DNA of 50,274 nucleotides, taken from Actinomycetes bacterium (GTDB lineage Bacteria; Actinomycetota; Thermoleophilia; BMS3ABIN01). Below, piece by piece: positions 1 through 9,060 of the stretch; position 1 is the stretch's first letter, and the number at the start of each line of letters is the position of its first letter. Where the stretch lies: NCBI GenBank assembly GCA_021803005.1, contig JAJZQT010000002.1:1-50274 (forward strand), read 5' to 3'. Made by a program: the position numbers and the translations under genes. A model generated the notes under the pieces. The model ran no database searches. It was not told the origin of the DNA and was given only the letters and a program-made list of their open reading frames with translations.

Positions 1-797
1 GCCTCATCTATCAGCGCCGTCTCTGCTGAATTACAGGTGCTGGGGCGGTTGGCCTTGGCGTTATGGATTATCTCGACGGCCATGCCCGGGTCAGCGGTAC
101 GTTCGACGTAGATGTGGCAGAGGCCGCGATAGTGCTTCATCACCGGGATTCGTGATTTCTCGGTAACCGCCTGGATCAGCCGGTGGCTGCCCCGGGCGAT
201 GACGAGGTCGATGAGGCCGGCAAGTCCCAGGAGCTCGTCTACCGCGGTACGGTCCGTGGTCTCGATGAACTGGATGGCGCCCGCGGGCATTCCCAGGCGG
301 GTGCCCGCCTCGGACATCAGACGCGCCAGCACGCGGTTGGAATGGATTGCTTCCGAGCCGCCGCGCAGGATGATGCAGTTGCCGGCCTTGATGCACAGCG
401 CCGCGGTGTCGGTGGTGACATTGGGCCGGGCTTCATAGACGATGGCAATGACGCCGATGGGAGTGCGCACCCGCGACATCTCCATGCCGTTGGCAGCTGT
501 CCATTCCCGGATAACGGTGCCAACCGGGTCATCGAGGGCAGCCACATCGCGGAGGTTGCTCGCCATCAGTCCCACACGCGAACGGTCGAGCAGCAGCCGG
601 TCCAGCATCGCCGGGCTGAGGCCTTTGGCCTTGCCGGCCCCGAGATCCTTGGCGTTGGCTTCCTCGATCTCCGTCACGCTGCCCTCGAGGGCAGCGGCCA
701 TCCCCAGCAGGGCAGCGTTCTTCGTCCCCGTGGGCAGGACCGAGAGCTCGTGGGAGGCGCGCCTGGCCGCCTCAGCTTTTTCCTTTACTGTATGCAT
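1..797 (-). CDS. proA: gamma-glutamyl phosphate reductase (ProA), N-terminal ~265 aa; the 3' end runs off the window start
   Basis: Absent from the ORF track because there is no stop in the window. My reverse-complement translation from the ATG at 797 reads MHTVKEKAEAARRASHELSVLPTGTKNAALLGMAAALE...IGVIAIVYEARPNVTTDTAALCIKAGNCIILRGGSEA...NAKANRPSTCNSAETALI, collinear with the ProA family. The listed + ORF 183..926 is its antisense shadow. Confidence 0.85.
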   Translation of the reverse strand, partial: MHTVKEKAEAARRASHELSVLPTGTKNAALLGMAAALEGSVTEIEEANAKDLGAGKAKGLSPAMLDRLLLDRSRVGLMASNLRDVAALDDPVGTVIREWTAANGMEMSRVRTPIGVIAIVYEARPNVTTDTAALCIKAGNCIILRGGSEAIHSNRVLARLMSEAGTRLGMPAGAIQFIETTDRTAVDELLGLAGLIDLVIARGSHRLIQAVTEKSRIPVMKHYRGLCHIYVERTADPGMAVEIIHNAKANRPSTCNSAETALIDE

Positions 798-928
798 TTC
801 ATTCGAGGCCAAAATATTGATATTCTTGAACCCGCACCGCCGGGTTTATTTACCCATGAACCCGCATATTATATACAAATATGGCGGAGCCACGCGTTGA
901 TTCCGGTCCAAAACGAAAAGGAGTAGTC

Positions 929-1888
929 ATGGCAGACAGCAACGACGTCTTGATTCCGCTCGATGTTCCGTCTTCAAAGCGGGGCGAATATCTCGACAAC
1001 TTCAACCTCATGACCAAGGGCACGGGCAGGTTGATGCTCTTTGCCGGCGACCAGAAGGTCGAGCATTTGAACAAGGATTTTGTCGGCGATTACGAGTTGG
1101 GCCGGATTCCCGTGGACGACGCCGATCCGGAGCACATGTTCCGCATCGCCAGCCAGGGAACCATCGGCGTCTATGCCACCCAGATCGGCATGCTCGCCCG
1201 CTACGGCGCCGACTATGCCGACGTGCCCTACCTGGTGAAACTCAATTCCAAGACCAACCTGGTGAAGAAGTCGACCATGGATCCATTCAGCAATCTGTGG
1301 CTCGATGTCGAGCGAGTGGTCAGGTTTCGTGAGGATTCCGGCCTGAAGATTCCGGCGGTCGGCTATACCATCTATCTCGGCAGCACCTTCGAGCCGCAGA
1401 TGCTGCAGCAGGCGGCGCAGCTCGTGAACGACGCCCATCAGCACGGCCTGCTGACGGTGCTCTGGATCTATCCGCGCGGCAAGGACGTCGCCGACGAGAA
1501 GGATCCGCACCTGATCGCCGGCGCGACCGGCGTGGCGCTGACTCTGGGCTCCGACTTCGTCAAGGTGAACTATCCCAAGGCGGATGGGCAGGATTCGGCG
1601 GAGATCTTCAAGGAAGCGGTTGTGGCCGCAGGACGCACCCACGTCGTTGCGGCTGGCGGCTCTTCCACCGATGCCACCACCTTCCTGCAGCGGTTGCACG
1701 ACCAGATCCACGTCAGCGGCGCCATCGGCAACGCCACCGGCAGGAACGTCCATCAAAAGCCGCTGGACGAGGCCGTGAGAATGTGCGACGCCATCTCGGC
1801 GATCACCCTGGCCGACATGTCCGTGGACGAGGCCGTCAAGATCTACGAGGGCAGCCAGGTCTGCGACTTCTCGAAGCTGGGGGCGTAG
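929..1888 (+). CDS. class I aldolase of the DhnA/FbaB/LsrF (DeoC/LacD) family
   Basis: ORF 881..1888. The internal ATG at 929 is preceded by AAAGGAG. MADSNDVLIPLDVPSSKRGEYLDNFNLMTKGTGRLMLFAGDQKVEH... and the DFVKVNYP Schiff-base-lysine-type motif fit archaeal-type class I FBP aldolase/ADH synthase relatives. The exact substrate cannot be called. Confidence 0.72.
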   Translation: MADSNDVLIPLDVPSSKRGEYLDNFNLMTKGTGRLMLFAGDQKVEHLNKDFVGDYELGRIPVDDADPEHMFRIASQGTIGVYATQIGMLARYGADYADVPYLVKLNSKTNLVKKSTMDPFSNLWLDVERVVRFREDSGLKIPAVGYTIYLGSTFEPQMLQQAAQLVNDAHQHGLLTVLWIYPRGKDVADEKDPHLIAGATGVALTLGSDFVKVNYPKADGQDSAEIFKEAVVAAGRTHVVAAGGSSTDATTFLQRLHDQIHVSGAIGNATGRNVHQKPLDEAVRMCDAISAITLADMSVDEAVKIYEGSQVCDFSKLGA

Positions 1889-1907
1889 CGGCCGCGGTGG
1901 ATACGCC

Positions 1908-2753
1908 GTGATCGTCGATTCCCACACACATATCTTCCCGCCGGACGTGATTGCCCGGCGGGACGAGCACGCCGGGCGCGAAGCATGGTTCTCCCATCTC
2001 TACGGCTCTCCGAGCGCGCGCATGGCCAGCGCCAGCGAACTGATCGCGGAAATGGACCGTTGCGGTGTCGACTGCTCCGTAGTCTGCGGCTTCGCCTGGA
2101 ACAGCTTCGACCTCTACGTCGAGTCCAACTCCTACATCGCCGACGCCGTCTCGCGTTTTCCCGGCCGGCTGATCGGTTTTGCCAACGTTCCCCCAACCCA
2201 CCCGCAGGCGGCGCTGGAACTCGAACGCTGCCTCGATCTCGGGCTGCGCGGGATCGGCGAGCTCAAGCCCGACGGCCAGGGCTTTGACCTGGCCGACGAC
2301 TCGGCCATCGGGCCGCTGGCGGCTTTGGCGGCTGAAAACAACCTGCCCGTGCTCATCCATCTGAGCGAGCCGGTCGGCCGCACCTACCCCGGCAAGGGCG
2401 GCACCAGTCCCCGCAAGGGATTCAATTTCGCCGCCTGCCACCCGGATCTCAAGCTGATCTACGCCCACTGGGGCGGCGGCCTCGCGTTCTACGAGCTGAT
2501 GCCGGACGTCAAAGATTCCCTGGGAAACGTCTGGTATGACAGCTCCGCCAGCCCCCTCCTCTATAGTCCCGATATCTACCGGATCTCCATTGAAATCGTG
2601 GGACGGGAAAAGGTCCTCTTCGCCAGTGACTTCCCACTGATCTCGCCGGAGCGCTACATGAACGAGCTGGATCAGGCCGGTCTTGACGATGAGGAGCGCC
2701 GGGCCTTCCTGGGAAGAAACGCCGCGGCGCTATTCGGACTGGAGGCATCGTGA
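1908..2753 (+). CDS. metal-dependent TIM-barrel hydrolase/decarboxylase (amidohydrolase_2 family)
   Basis: GTG start 19 nt after the aldolase stop. N-terminal IVDSHTHIFPP motif, internal HLSEP and C-terminal FASDFPL are typical of PF04909-like amidohydrolases. Confidence 0.7.
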   Translation: MIVDSHTHIFPPDVIARRDEHAGREAWFSHLYGSPSARMASASELIAEMDRCGVDCSVVCGFAWNSFDLYVESNSYIADAVSRFPGRLIGFANVPPTHPQAALELERCLDLGLRGIGELKPDGQGFDLADDSAIGPLAALAAENNLPVLIHLSEPVGRTYPGKGGTSPRKGFNFAACHPDLKLIYAHWGGGLAFYELMPDVKDSLGNVWYDSSASPLLYSPDIYRISIEIVGREKVLFASDFPLISPERYMNELDQAGLDDEERRAFLGRNAAALFGLEAS

Positions 2754-2811
2754 GATGCAGGCGGCATCGTGAGACGCGGGCGGGAAATATCGTGACCTTC
2801 GGTTTCGCGGC

Positions 2812-3585
2812 ATGAGCCTGCACGAGATTCTCGAACAGCTGGCCGCGGGCAATCTCACGGTCGAGGAAGCCCAGTCGATGCTGTCCATCGCCGGCATCGC
2901 CGCCCTTGACGGTTTCGCGCAGATCGATACCGGCAGGCACGCTCGCAAGGGCGTTCCCGAGGTCGTCTTCGCACCCGGAAAAACGCCGCAGCAGCTGATC
3001 GAGATATGCAAGACCATGATCGAACATACCGGGCGGGCGATCGCCAGCGGCCTCGACGAGGAGAGATGGGCCGCGCTCGAGTCTTCCTTCGGGCCAAGGA
3101 TGGCCGTGGCCAACCGCGGGGCGAAGATGGCCGTCATCCGGGAGCCGGGCCGCGAACCCCTTCCCACCGGCGGCAGACTGGGAATCCTGACGGCCGGCAC
3201 CTCTGATGTGCCTGCCGCCGAACAGGCCCGTGTCATCGCTGAGGAAATGGGCTGCGAGGTAATTACAGCTTATGACGTCGGCATTGCCGGCGTGCACCGG
3301 CTTATGGAGCCGCTGGCGCGGATGATCGAATCGCGTGTCGCCGCCGTGATCGTCGCCGCCGGCATGGAAGGCGCCCTGCCCTCCGTGGTGGCCGGCCTGG
3401 TGGCGGTGCCGGTCATCGGCCTGCCGACCCCGACCGGATATGGCCTTGGCGGCGGCGGGGTCACCGCCCTGCTGTCAATGCTGCAGAGCTGCTGCCCGGG
3501 GCTCGTGGTCGTGAATATCGACAATGGCATCGGCGCCGGGGCTACGGGCGCCCTCATTGCCAACGGCGCCGCCACGGGGACATAG
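2812..3585 (+). CDS. larB: LarB-type AIR-carboxylase-like protein (nickel-pincer cofactor biosynthesis, pyridinium-3,5-biscarboxylic acid mononucleotide synthase)
   Basis: 257 aa. N-terminal helical part followed by a PurE-like domain (GILTAGTSDVPAAEQA...VAAGMEGALPSVVAGLV..PVIGLPT..GYG), the characteristic LarB/CpmA layout. Confidence 0.78.
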   Translation: MSLHEILEQLAAGNLTVEEAQSMLSIAGIAALDGFAQIDTGRHARKGVPEVVFAPGKTPQQLIEICKTMIEHTGRAIASGLDEERWAALESSFGPRMAVANRGAKMAVIREPGREPLPTGGRLGILTAGTSDVPAAEQARVIAEEMGCEVITAYDVGIAGVHRLMEPLARMIESRVAAVIVAAGMEGALPSVVAGLVAVPVIGLPTPTGYGLGGGGVTALLSMLQSCCPGLVVVNIDNGIGAGATGALIANGAATGT

Positions 3586-3704
3586 CGGCTCCCGCCGGGA
3601 CGTACCCGCGCCGCCACGGGGAATAAACGCCACAGAATGACAACAGGTTTCCTTCCCCTTCTCCGATAAAAGATAAAGGTTCACAACAATCGCGAGGCCC
3701 CGCC

Positions 3705-4178
3705 ATGATGTCACCCGAATGCGCAAATTGTCTGAGAGAAAACCACGATGAGGTCATCAGGCGTTGGCTGCAGAACCTGCATGGCCATATCGCCGAGGAT
3801 TTCGAACAGATGCTGAGGACGCCGATGGGCAGCAGCGTCGCCAATAAACTGCTAAGCTGCGCCATCGAATTTCTCGAAGCCGAAGAATACCTGAAGGCCG
3901 AGGCGCTGCACAGCGTGCGGGACATCGCCAGCGACGCTGCTTTCCGCAGGACCGCTGTCGGTTTCTGCCTGCCGGATATTATTGCCACCGCGCTCGCGTT
4001 CCGGGACGCCCTTCAGGAGACGGTCCTCTTCCACGCCATTCACCGCAGCATCGAAGACGAAAAGGCCATCGTCGATTCAATCATGGAGCTGAATCAGTTC
4101 GGGGATGCGCTGGTCGACGGTGAGGTTGCCGGATTCTTTTCCTATAACGACTTCCGGGGCGACGAGGAAGTCGCCTGA
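3705..4178 (+). CDS. hypothetical helical protein, weak resemblance to RsbRD-type N-terminal sensor domains
   Basis: 157-aa ORF with protein-like composition in an otherwise unoccupied interval. No strong motif, so the family assignment is tentative. Confidence 0.45.
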   Translation: MMSPECANCLRENHDEVIRRWLQNLHGHIAEDFEQMLRTPMGSSVANKLLSCAIEFLEAEEYLKAEALHSVRDIASDAAFRRTAVGFCLPDIIATALAFRDALQETVLFHAIHRSIEDEKAIVDSIMELNQFGDALVDGEVAGFFSYNDFRGDEEVA

Positions 4179-4227
4179 AGCCGGCGGGCGGGCGCTTTGT
4201 CTTGCCGCCATAAACGTGGGGCGGGCG

Positions 4228-5226
4228 CTAAAAAAGCGTCAGCCCATTCTCCTTCCAGACGCCCATCCTCCTGAATTTGTCGAAGCGCTCTTTTTTGCGC
4301 AGGCGCGGGCCGATCGTCTCCAGCTCACGCAGCTTGTCTTCCAGCGCCTCCTTGAGCACACGGGCGGCGGCGGCGTGGTCCCTGTGGGCGCCGCCGCGGG
4401 GCTCCGGCAGAACTTCGTCGATCACCTCCAGCTGCTCCAGGTCTTGGGACGTCATCCTCAGGGTCTGGGCCGCCAGGTGGGCCTCGCCCGAATCTTTCCA
4501 GAGGATGGCGGCGCAGGACTCGGGTGAGATCACCGAATAGATAGAATTCTCGAGCATCAGCACCCTGTCGGCCAGCGCCAGCGCCAGGGCGCCGCCGCTG
4601 CCGCCCTCGCCAATAATCACCGCGACCGTGGGAACATCGAGCCTGGCCATGCGCAGAAGGGTGTTGGCTATGGCGCCGCCCTGGCCGCGCTCCTCAGCGG
4701 ATATTCCCGGGTGGGCGCCAGGGGTGTCGACCAGCGTCAGCACCGGGATTCCAAACTTGTCCGCGAGCCCCATCAGCCGTTGCGCCTTGCGGTAGCCCTC
4801 GGGCCGCGGCATGCCGAAGTTGCGCTCTGTCCGCGTAGCCAGGTCCCTTCCCTTTTGATGTCCGATGACCATGAGGGTGCGGCCCTGGTAGGCCGCCAGC
4901 CCGCCGACGATGGCGGGGTCGTCGCTGAAACAGCGGTCGCCCTTGAGCTCGATGAATCCCGCGAACATGTGCTGAATGTAATCGAGCGTGTACGGGCGCT
5001 TGGGATGGCGCGCCAGCTCCACTCTTTCCCAGACGGCCTTGTCCAGGTTGCGGCTGTGGCCCAGCTCCATTAACCGATGGCTTATCTTTGCTATCTCATC
5101 CTTGAGGTGGACGCCGGGAAGCGTTGGCAAACGTTTTAATTCTGTTAAACGCTTGCGTAAGCGCCCCTCTTCGTCCTGCAAAGCGTGTCTCTTCCTTCCA
5201 AAGGGGTTCGAGGGCACAGGCGACAC
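4228..5226 (-). CDS. accA: acetyl-CoA carboxylase carboxyltransferase subunit alpha
   Basis: ARHPKRPYTLDYI, GHQKGRD, GMPRPEGYRKA and TLVDTPGA.PG..AEERGQ..AIA motifs. The start is uncertain: ATG 5226, with alternative GTG/TTG codons 9-45 nt downstream. It overlaps the accD 3' end. Confidence 0.9.
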   Translation of the reverse strand: MSPVPSNPFGRKRHALQDEEGRLRKRLTELKRLPTLPGVHLKDEIAKISHRLMELGHSRNLDKAVWERVELARHPKRPYTLDYIQHMFAGFIELKGDRCFSDDPAIVGGLAAYQGRTLMVIGHQKGRDLATRTERNFGMPRPEGYRKAQRLMGLADKFGIPVLTLVDTPGAHPGISAEERGQGGAIANTLLRMARLDVPTVAVIIGEGGSGGALALALADRVLMLENSIYSVISPESCAAILWKDSGEAHLAAQTLRMTSQDLEQLEVIDEVLPEPRGGAHRDHAAAARVLKEALEDKLRELETIGPRLRKKERFDKFRRMGVWKENGLTLF

Positions 5227-6049
5227 CCCCTTCCAGCATTCCCAGGATCTGTACCAGCCGCTCCTTTAACTCGAGCCGGGACACGATCATGTCCACCTGG
5301 CCGTTTTTGACATTGGTCTCAGCCATGCCAAAGTCCTCCGGCAGCTTCTCCTTGATAGTCTGCTCGATGATGCGCGGGCCCGAGAAGCTGAGGAAAGACC
5401 CGGGCTCGGCGATGATCACGTCGGCCAGGGTGGCAAAGCTCGCCATGACGCCGCCCGTGGTTGGATGCGTAAGCACGGAGATGAAGGGAATGGGCACCTC
5501 GCCCATCAGCTCCACGGCGCAGGTGGTCTTGGCCATCTGCAGGAGCGACAGGATGCCTTCCTGCATGCGGGCGCCGCCGGATGAGCAGACAACCACCAGC
5601 GGAAAACGCTGTTCGATGGCCTCCTCGGCCGCACGCCAGAAGCGCTCGCCGACGACGCTGCCCATGCTGCCGCCGATGAAGGCGAAATCCATGACGGCCA
5701 GGACGACGTCCATCTTGTTCATCTTGGCCCGCCCGGCCAGCATCGCCTCGGATAGCCCGGTGTCATACTCCGCCTCCTCGAGGCGGTCGGAATAAGGCCG
5801 CAGGTCGAAGAACTCGAGCGGGTCGGCCGAACGCAGGTTGGCGGCGATCTCGGTCCAGCTCCCGGCATCGGCCAGCAGCTCGATGCGCTGCCTGGCGTTC
5901 AGGCGGAAGTGGTGGCCGCAGTGGGGACAGACCATGGAGTTGGAGCTCAGCTCGGCCGCGCTCAGGAGCTCCTTGCAACCAGGACAACTCTGGGCGCCGT
6001 TGTCGTTGCCGCCGCGGCGGCTGATGTCTACCGAAACTCTCTGGGCCAA
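5096..6049 (-). CDS. accD: acetyl-CoA carboxylase carboxyltransferase subunit beta
   Basis: N-terminal Zn ribbon CPGCKELL...CPHCGHH followed by the crotonase-like CT domain (FAFIGGSMGSVVGE, SSGGARMQEG). Confidence 0.9.
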   Translation of the reverse strand: MAQRVSVDISRRGGNDNGAQSCPGCKELLSAAELSSNSMVCPHCGHHFRLNARQRIELLADAGSWTEIAANLRSADPLEFFDLRPYSDRLEEAEYDTGLSEAMLAGRAKMNKMDVVLAVMDFAFIGGSMGSVVGERFWRAAEEAIEQRFPLVVVCSSGGARMQEGILSLLQMAKTTCAVELMGEVPIPFISVLTHPTTGGVMASFATLADVIIAEPGSFLSFSGPRIIEQTIKEKLPEDFGMAETNVKNGQVDMIVSRLELKERLVQILGMLEGGVACALEPLWKEETRFAGRRGALTQAFNRIKTFANASRRPPQG

Positions 6050-6061
6050 GACAGCCTCCGC

Positions 6062-7297
6062 TTACAAAGCCCGGAAGACGAGCGTGACGTTGTGGCCGCC
6101 GAACCCAAAGGAATTGGATGCGGCCACGCTTACCTGCTTTTCGCGCGCCTGTCCGGGTACATAGTCAAGGTCGCATTCAGGGCAGGGATTGTCCAGATTG
6201 ATCGTCGGCGGGATGATCCCGCGGTCGATTGTCAGGATAGTGGCGGCGGCCTCCAGGGCGCCCGATGCGCCCAGGCAGTGGCCGATCATGGATTTGGTGG
6301 AGCTGATTGCCACCGATCGGGCGTGTTCTCCCAGGGCAATCTTGATCACCCGGGTCTCGATCTCGTCGCCGAGCGGAGTCGAGGTCCCGTGCGCGTTGAT
6401 GTAATCAACCTGGGAGGGATCGATTCCGGCCTCGTCGAGCGCCGCGGCAACGGCGCGGGCCTGGTTGGCGCCCGAGGGCTCCGGAGCGGTGATGTGATAT
6501 GCGTCGGAACTCATGCCGTAACCACAGATCTCCGCATATATGCGGGCCCCGCGTGCCTGCGCCCGTTCCATTTCTTCAAGGATGATTATGGCCGAACCCT
6601 CGCCCATGACGAAGCCGTCCCGGTCGCGGTCAAAAGGCCGGCTGGCCCGCTGGGGGTCGTCGTTTCTCACCGACAGCGTCCGCGCCGAGGCGAACGAAGC
6701 AATCCCCACCGGCGTGATGGTGGCTTCGCTGCCACCCGCGAGCATGGCGTCGGCAGCCCCGCGCCTGATGATTTCGAAAGCGTCGCCGATGGCGTTGCCC
6801 GCCGCGGAACAGGCGGTGCTGGTAGTGCTCAGCGGTCCCTTGGTTCCCAGCATGATGGAAACCTGGGCCGCCCCCATGTTGGCAATCTCCATGGGAATGA
6901 ACAGCGGGCTGATGCGATCGGGCCCCTTGGTGAGCAGAACCGAGTGTTCCTTTTCAAAAGTGCCAAGTCCGCCGATGCCGCTGGCCACCACGGCGCCGAC
7001 ACGTTCGGGGTCCGCGGCGATATCCAGGCCGGCGTCCTCGACGGCCATTTTGGCCGCCGCCACCGCGAACTGGGCAAAGCGGTCCATGCGGCGCACGCTC
7101 TTTTTGTCGATGTAGCCACCGGGATCGAATCCCTTGACCTCGGCGGCAATGCGCACGCGGAAATCGGTTGCGTCAAAATGGGTGATGACGTCGACTCCCG
7201 ACCTGCCGGCCGTGAGCGACTGCCAGTATTCTTCCTTGCCGATACCCACCGGCGAAACGACGCCGATGCCGGTAACAGCTACGCGGCGGGAGCTCAT
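6062..7297 (-). CDS. fabF: 3-oxoacyl-ACP synthase II
   Basis: ORF 6062..7420. The likely true start is the ATG at 7297 (MSSRRVAVTGIGVVSPVG). STACSAAGNAIG active-site Cys, HGTSTP and GHCLGASG motifs. The longer ORF start would overlap fabG. Confidence 0.9.
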   Translation of the reverse strand: MSSRRVAVTGIGVVSPVGIGKEEYWQSLTAGRSGVDVITHFDATDFRVRIAAEVKGFDPGGYIDKKSVRRMDRFAQFAVAAAKMAVEDAGLDIAADPERVGAVVASGIGGLGTFEKEHSVLLTKGPDRISPLFIPMEIANMGAAQVSIMLGTKGPLSTTSTACSAAGNAIGDAFEIIRRGAADAMLAGGSEATITPVGIASFASARTLSVRNDDPQRASRPFDRDRDGFVMGEGSAIIILEEMERAQARGARIYAEICGYGMSSDAYHITAPEPSGANQARAVAAALDEAGIDPSQVDYINAHGTSTPLGDEIETRVIKIALGEHARSVAISSTKSMIGHCLGASGALEAAATILTIDRGIIPPTINLDNPCPECDLDYVPGQAREKQVSVAASNSFGFGGHNVTLVFRAL

Positions 7298-7331
7298 GGG
7301 CACAGTCCTCCACCGGTCATGGGGCGGGAGC

Positions 7332-8099
7332 TCATATGCCCAGCCCTCCGTCGACCGGCAGCACGGCTCCGGTGATATATGCTGCGGCGGGAGAAGCCAG
7401 AAAGGCGATCGCGGACGCAATCTCTTCCGGGCTCGCCAGTCTTCCCAGCGGCGTGTTTCTCATAACCTGTTCCTTCATGTTTTCGGGCAACCCCGCGGTC
7501 ATGTCGGTAACGACGTAACCGGGAGCCACCGCATTGACTCTGACCCCTCTCGGGCCCAGTTCGCGGGCCAGCGATTTGGTCAGGCCGATCAGCCCCGCCT
7601 TGGCGGCGGCATAATTGGCCTGGCCGGCGTTGCCACGCAGCCCGATGACGCTGGAAACGTTGACTATCGAGCCGGTCCGGGCTTTCATCATGCCGCGGGC
7701 AACCGCCCTGCTGCAGAGGAACGCTCCCCGCAGGCTGGTCGCAATCACGGCGTCAAAATCTTCTTCGCTCATGCGCATGACCAGGCCATCCCTGGTGATG
7801 CCGGCGTTGTTCACCAGTATGCCTACCGGGCCGAGACCGGCCTCAACCGTTTCGATCATCGACTGCACCTGGGCGGAGTCGCTGACGTCCGCCTGGGCCA
7901 GGACGGTTTTGGACCCGGCGGCGGTGAGCTCGGCGGCCAGCTCCTCGGCGGCCTCGCCGCTGCTCTGAAAGTTGATGGCGACCTGCGCCCCGGCCCGCGC
8001 CAGCGCCGCGGCCGTCGCCCGGCCGATGCCGCGCGCGGCGCCGGTTACAAGGGCCACCTGGCCCTGCAGGCTGTATGTATTTTCCGTTTCCATTTCCAA
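7332..8099 (-). CDS. fabG: 3-oxoacyl-ACP reductase (SDR)
   Basis: ALVTGAARGIG Rossmann motif, NNAGI, and YAAAKAG catalytic Y-x3-K. Sits between fabD and fabF. Confidence 0.85.
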   Translation of the reverse strand: MEMETENTYSLQGQVALVTGAARGIGRATAAALARAGAQVAINFQSSGEAAEELAAELTAAGSKTVLAQADVSDSAQVQSMIETVEAGLGPVGILVNNAGITRDGLVMRMSEEDFDAVIATSLRGAFLCSRAVARGMMKARTGSIVNVSSVIGLRGNAGQANYAAAKAGLIGLTKSLARELGPRGVRVNAVAPGYVVTDMTAGLPENMKEQVMRNTPLGRLASPEEIASAIAFLASPAAAYITGAVLPVDGGLGI

Positions 8100-8118
8100 A
8101 GTTTCCGCCGGGCAAACT

Positions 8119-9051
8119 TTATCCCGGCCGCCCGATCGCGGCGATTGCCTTATCCAGACTGGCCGGATCCGATACGCTGACGGCGGTCACCGATCTGTCA
8201 ATCCTGCGAATGAGACCGCTCAGCACTGTTCCGTTCCCCACCTCGAGGAAGCGGTCGGCGCCGCCGTCCTTAATCAGTCTGGTAACCGTCTCGACCCATC
8301 TTACCGGCGAGACTATCTGCCTTTCCAGCAGATCCGGCATCCCCGGCACACCCTCATACTGGCAGCTAATGGAGGAAAAGAACGGCGGCTCCGGGTCCGT
8401 GAAAGCAACCGCCGCCAGTTTTGGTTTCATCTCCTCCGCCGCACCTTCCATCAGGGGGCTGTGAAAGGCGCCGCTCACCGGCAACCGCACAACCTTTTTC
8501 GCTCCCGCTGACCGGGCGCCCATTTCTGCCAGCTCGATCGCCTCCTGCCGGCCGCTGATCACGAGCTGCCCGGGACTATTGTAATTGACCGGCCAGACTT
8601 CGCCGGACTCGAAGCAGATCGCCTCCACGCGGTTGTCGTCGAGACCGAGGATCGCGGCCATGGCGCCCGGCCGCTCATCCGCGGCGGCACGCAGGGCTTT
8701 GCCCCTCGCAGCAACGAGCCGCAGGCCTTCTTCAAAATCAATGGCGCCGGCGGCCGCCAGGGCGCTGTACTCCCCCAGACTGTGGCCCGTGACCGCGTCG
8801 GCGGCCACACCCTTCTGATCCAGTACCGCTTTCACGGCCAGGCTGTTCACGAACAGGGCCACCTGGGCGTTCTCGGTGCTTGAGAGTTTTGCTTCCGGAC
8901 CCTCGAAACTGAGTCCGGCCACATCCCAGCCCAGCACCTCCGCCGCCTGCCGGTAAACGCCGGCGGCAACCTCATATTCGGACACAAGGGCACGCCCCAT
9001 GCCGACGGATTGCGACCCCTGCCCGGGAAAAACAAAGACAAGCTTTCCCAA
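8119..9051 (-). CDS. fabD: malonyl-CoA:ACP transacylase
   Basis: FVFPGQGSQ, GHSLGEYSALAAAG active-site serine motif, GAFHSPLM. Confidence 0.9.
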   Translation of the reverse strand: MGKLVFVFPGQGSQSVGMGRALVSEYEVAAGVYRQAAEVLGWDVAGLSFEGPEAKLSSTENAQVALFVNSLAVKAVLDQKGVAADAVTGHSLGEYSALAAAGAIDFEEGLRLVAARGKALRAAADERPGAMAAILGLDDNRVEAICFESGEVWPVNYNSPGQLVISGRQEAIELAEMGARSAGAKKVVRLPVSGAFHSPLMEGAAEEMKPKLAAVAFTDPEPPFFSSISCQYEGVPGMPDLLERQIVSPVRWVETVTRLIKDGGADRFLEVGNGTVLSGLIRRIDRSVTAVSVSDPASLDKAIAAIGRPG

Positions 9052-9060
9052 TATCTGTCC

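Noticed and set aside
183-926. 247-aa + strand ORF at the window start
   Set aside because: The opposite strand encodes a clean ProA N-terminus (missing from the ORF track only because it lacks an in-window stop). The + ORF is its shadow.
4228-6049. accD-accA as a frameshifted pseudogene of a fused accDA
   Set aside because: Both ORFs contain complete, uninterrupted domains with their own plausible starts. The overlap is reported as an observation, not as a pseudogene.
5909-7375. 488-aa + strand ORF
   Set aside because: Antisense shadow across accD/fabF. The same reasoning applies to 974..1927 (-), 2509..3297 (-), 9010..10026 (+), 12568..13083 (+), 13429..14268 (+), 21646..22494 (-), 22409..23305 (-), 40417..41283 (+), 44996..45580 (+) and 48883..49752 (-).
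7298-7420. Upstream extensions of fabF (to 7420), fabH (to 11208), fabZ (to 11650), the GH gene (to 31566), DUF151 (to 28672), fhaA (to 45661) and DUF721 (to 17387)
   Set aside because: The extensions overlap the preceding gene or are Arg/Pro-rich junk. Internal starts give canonical family N-termini and sensible operon spacing.
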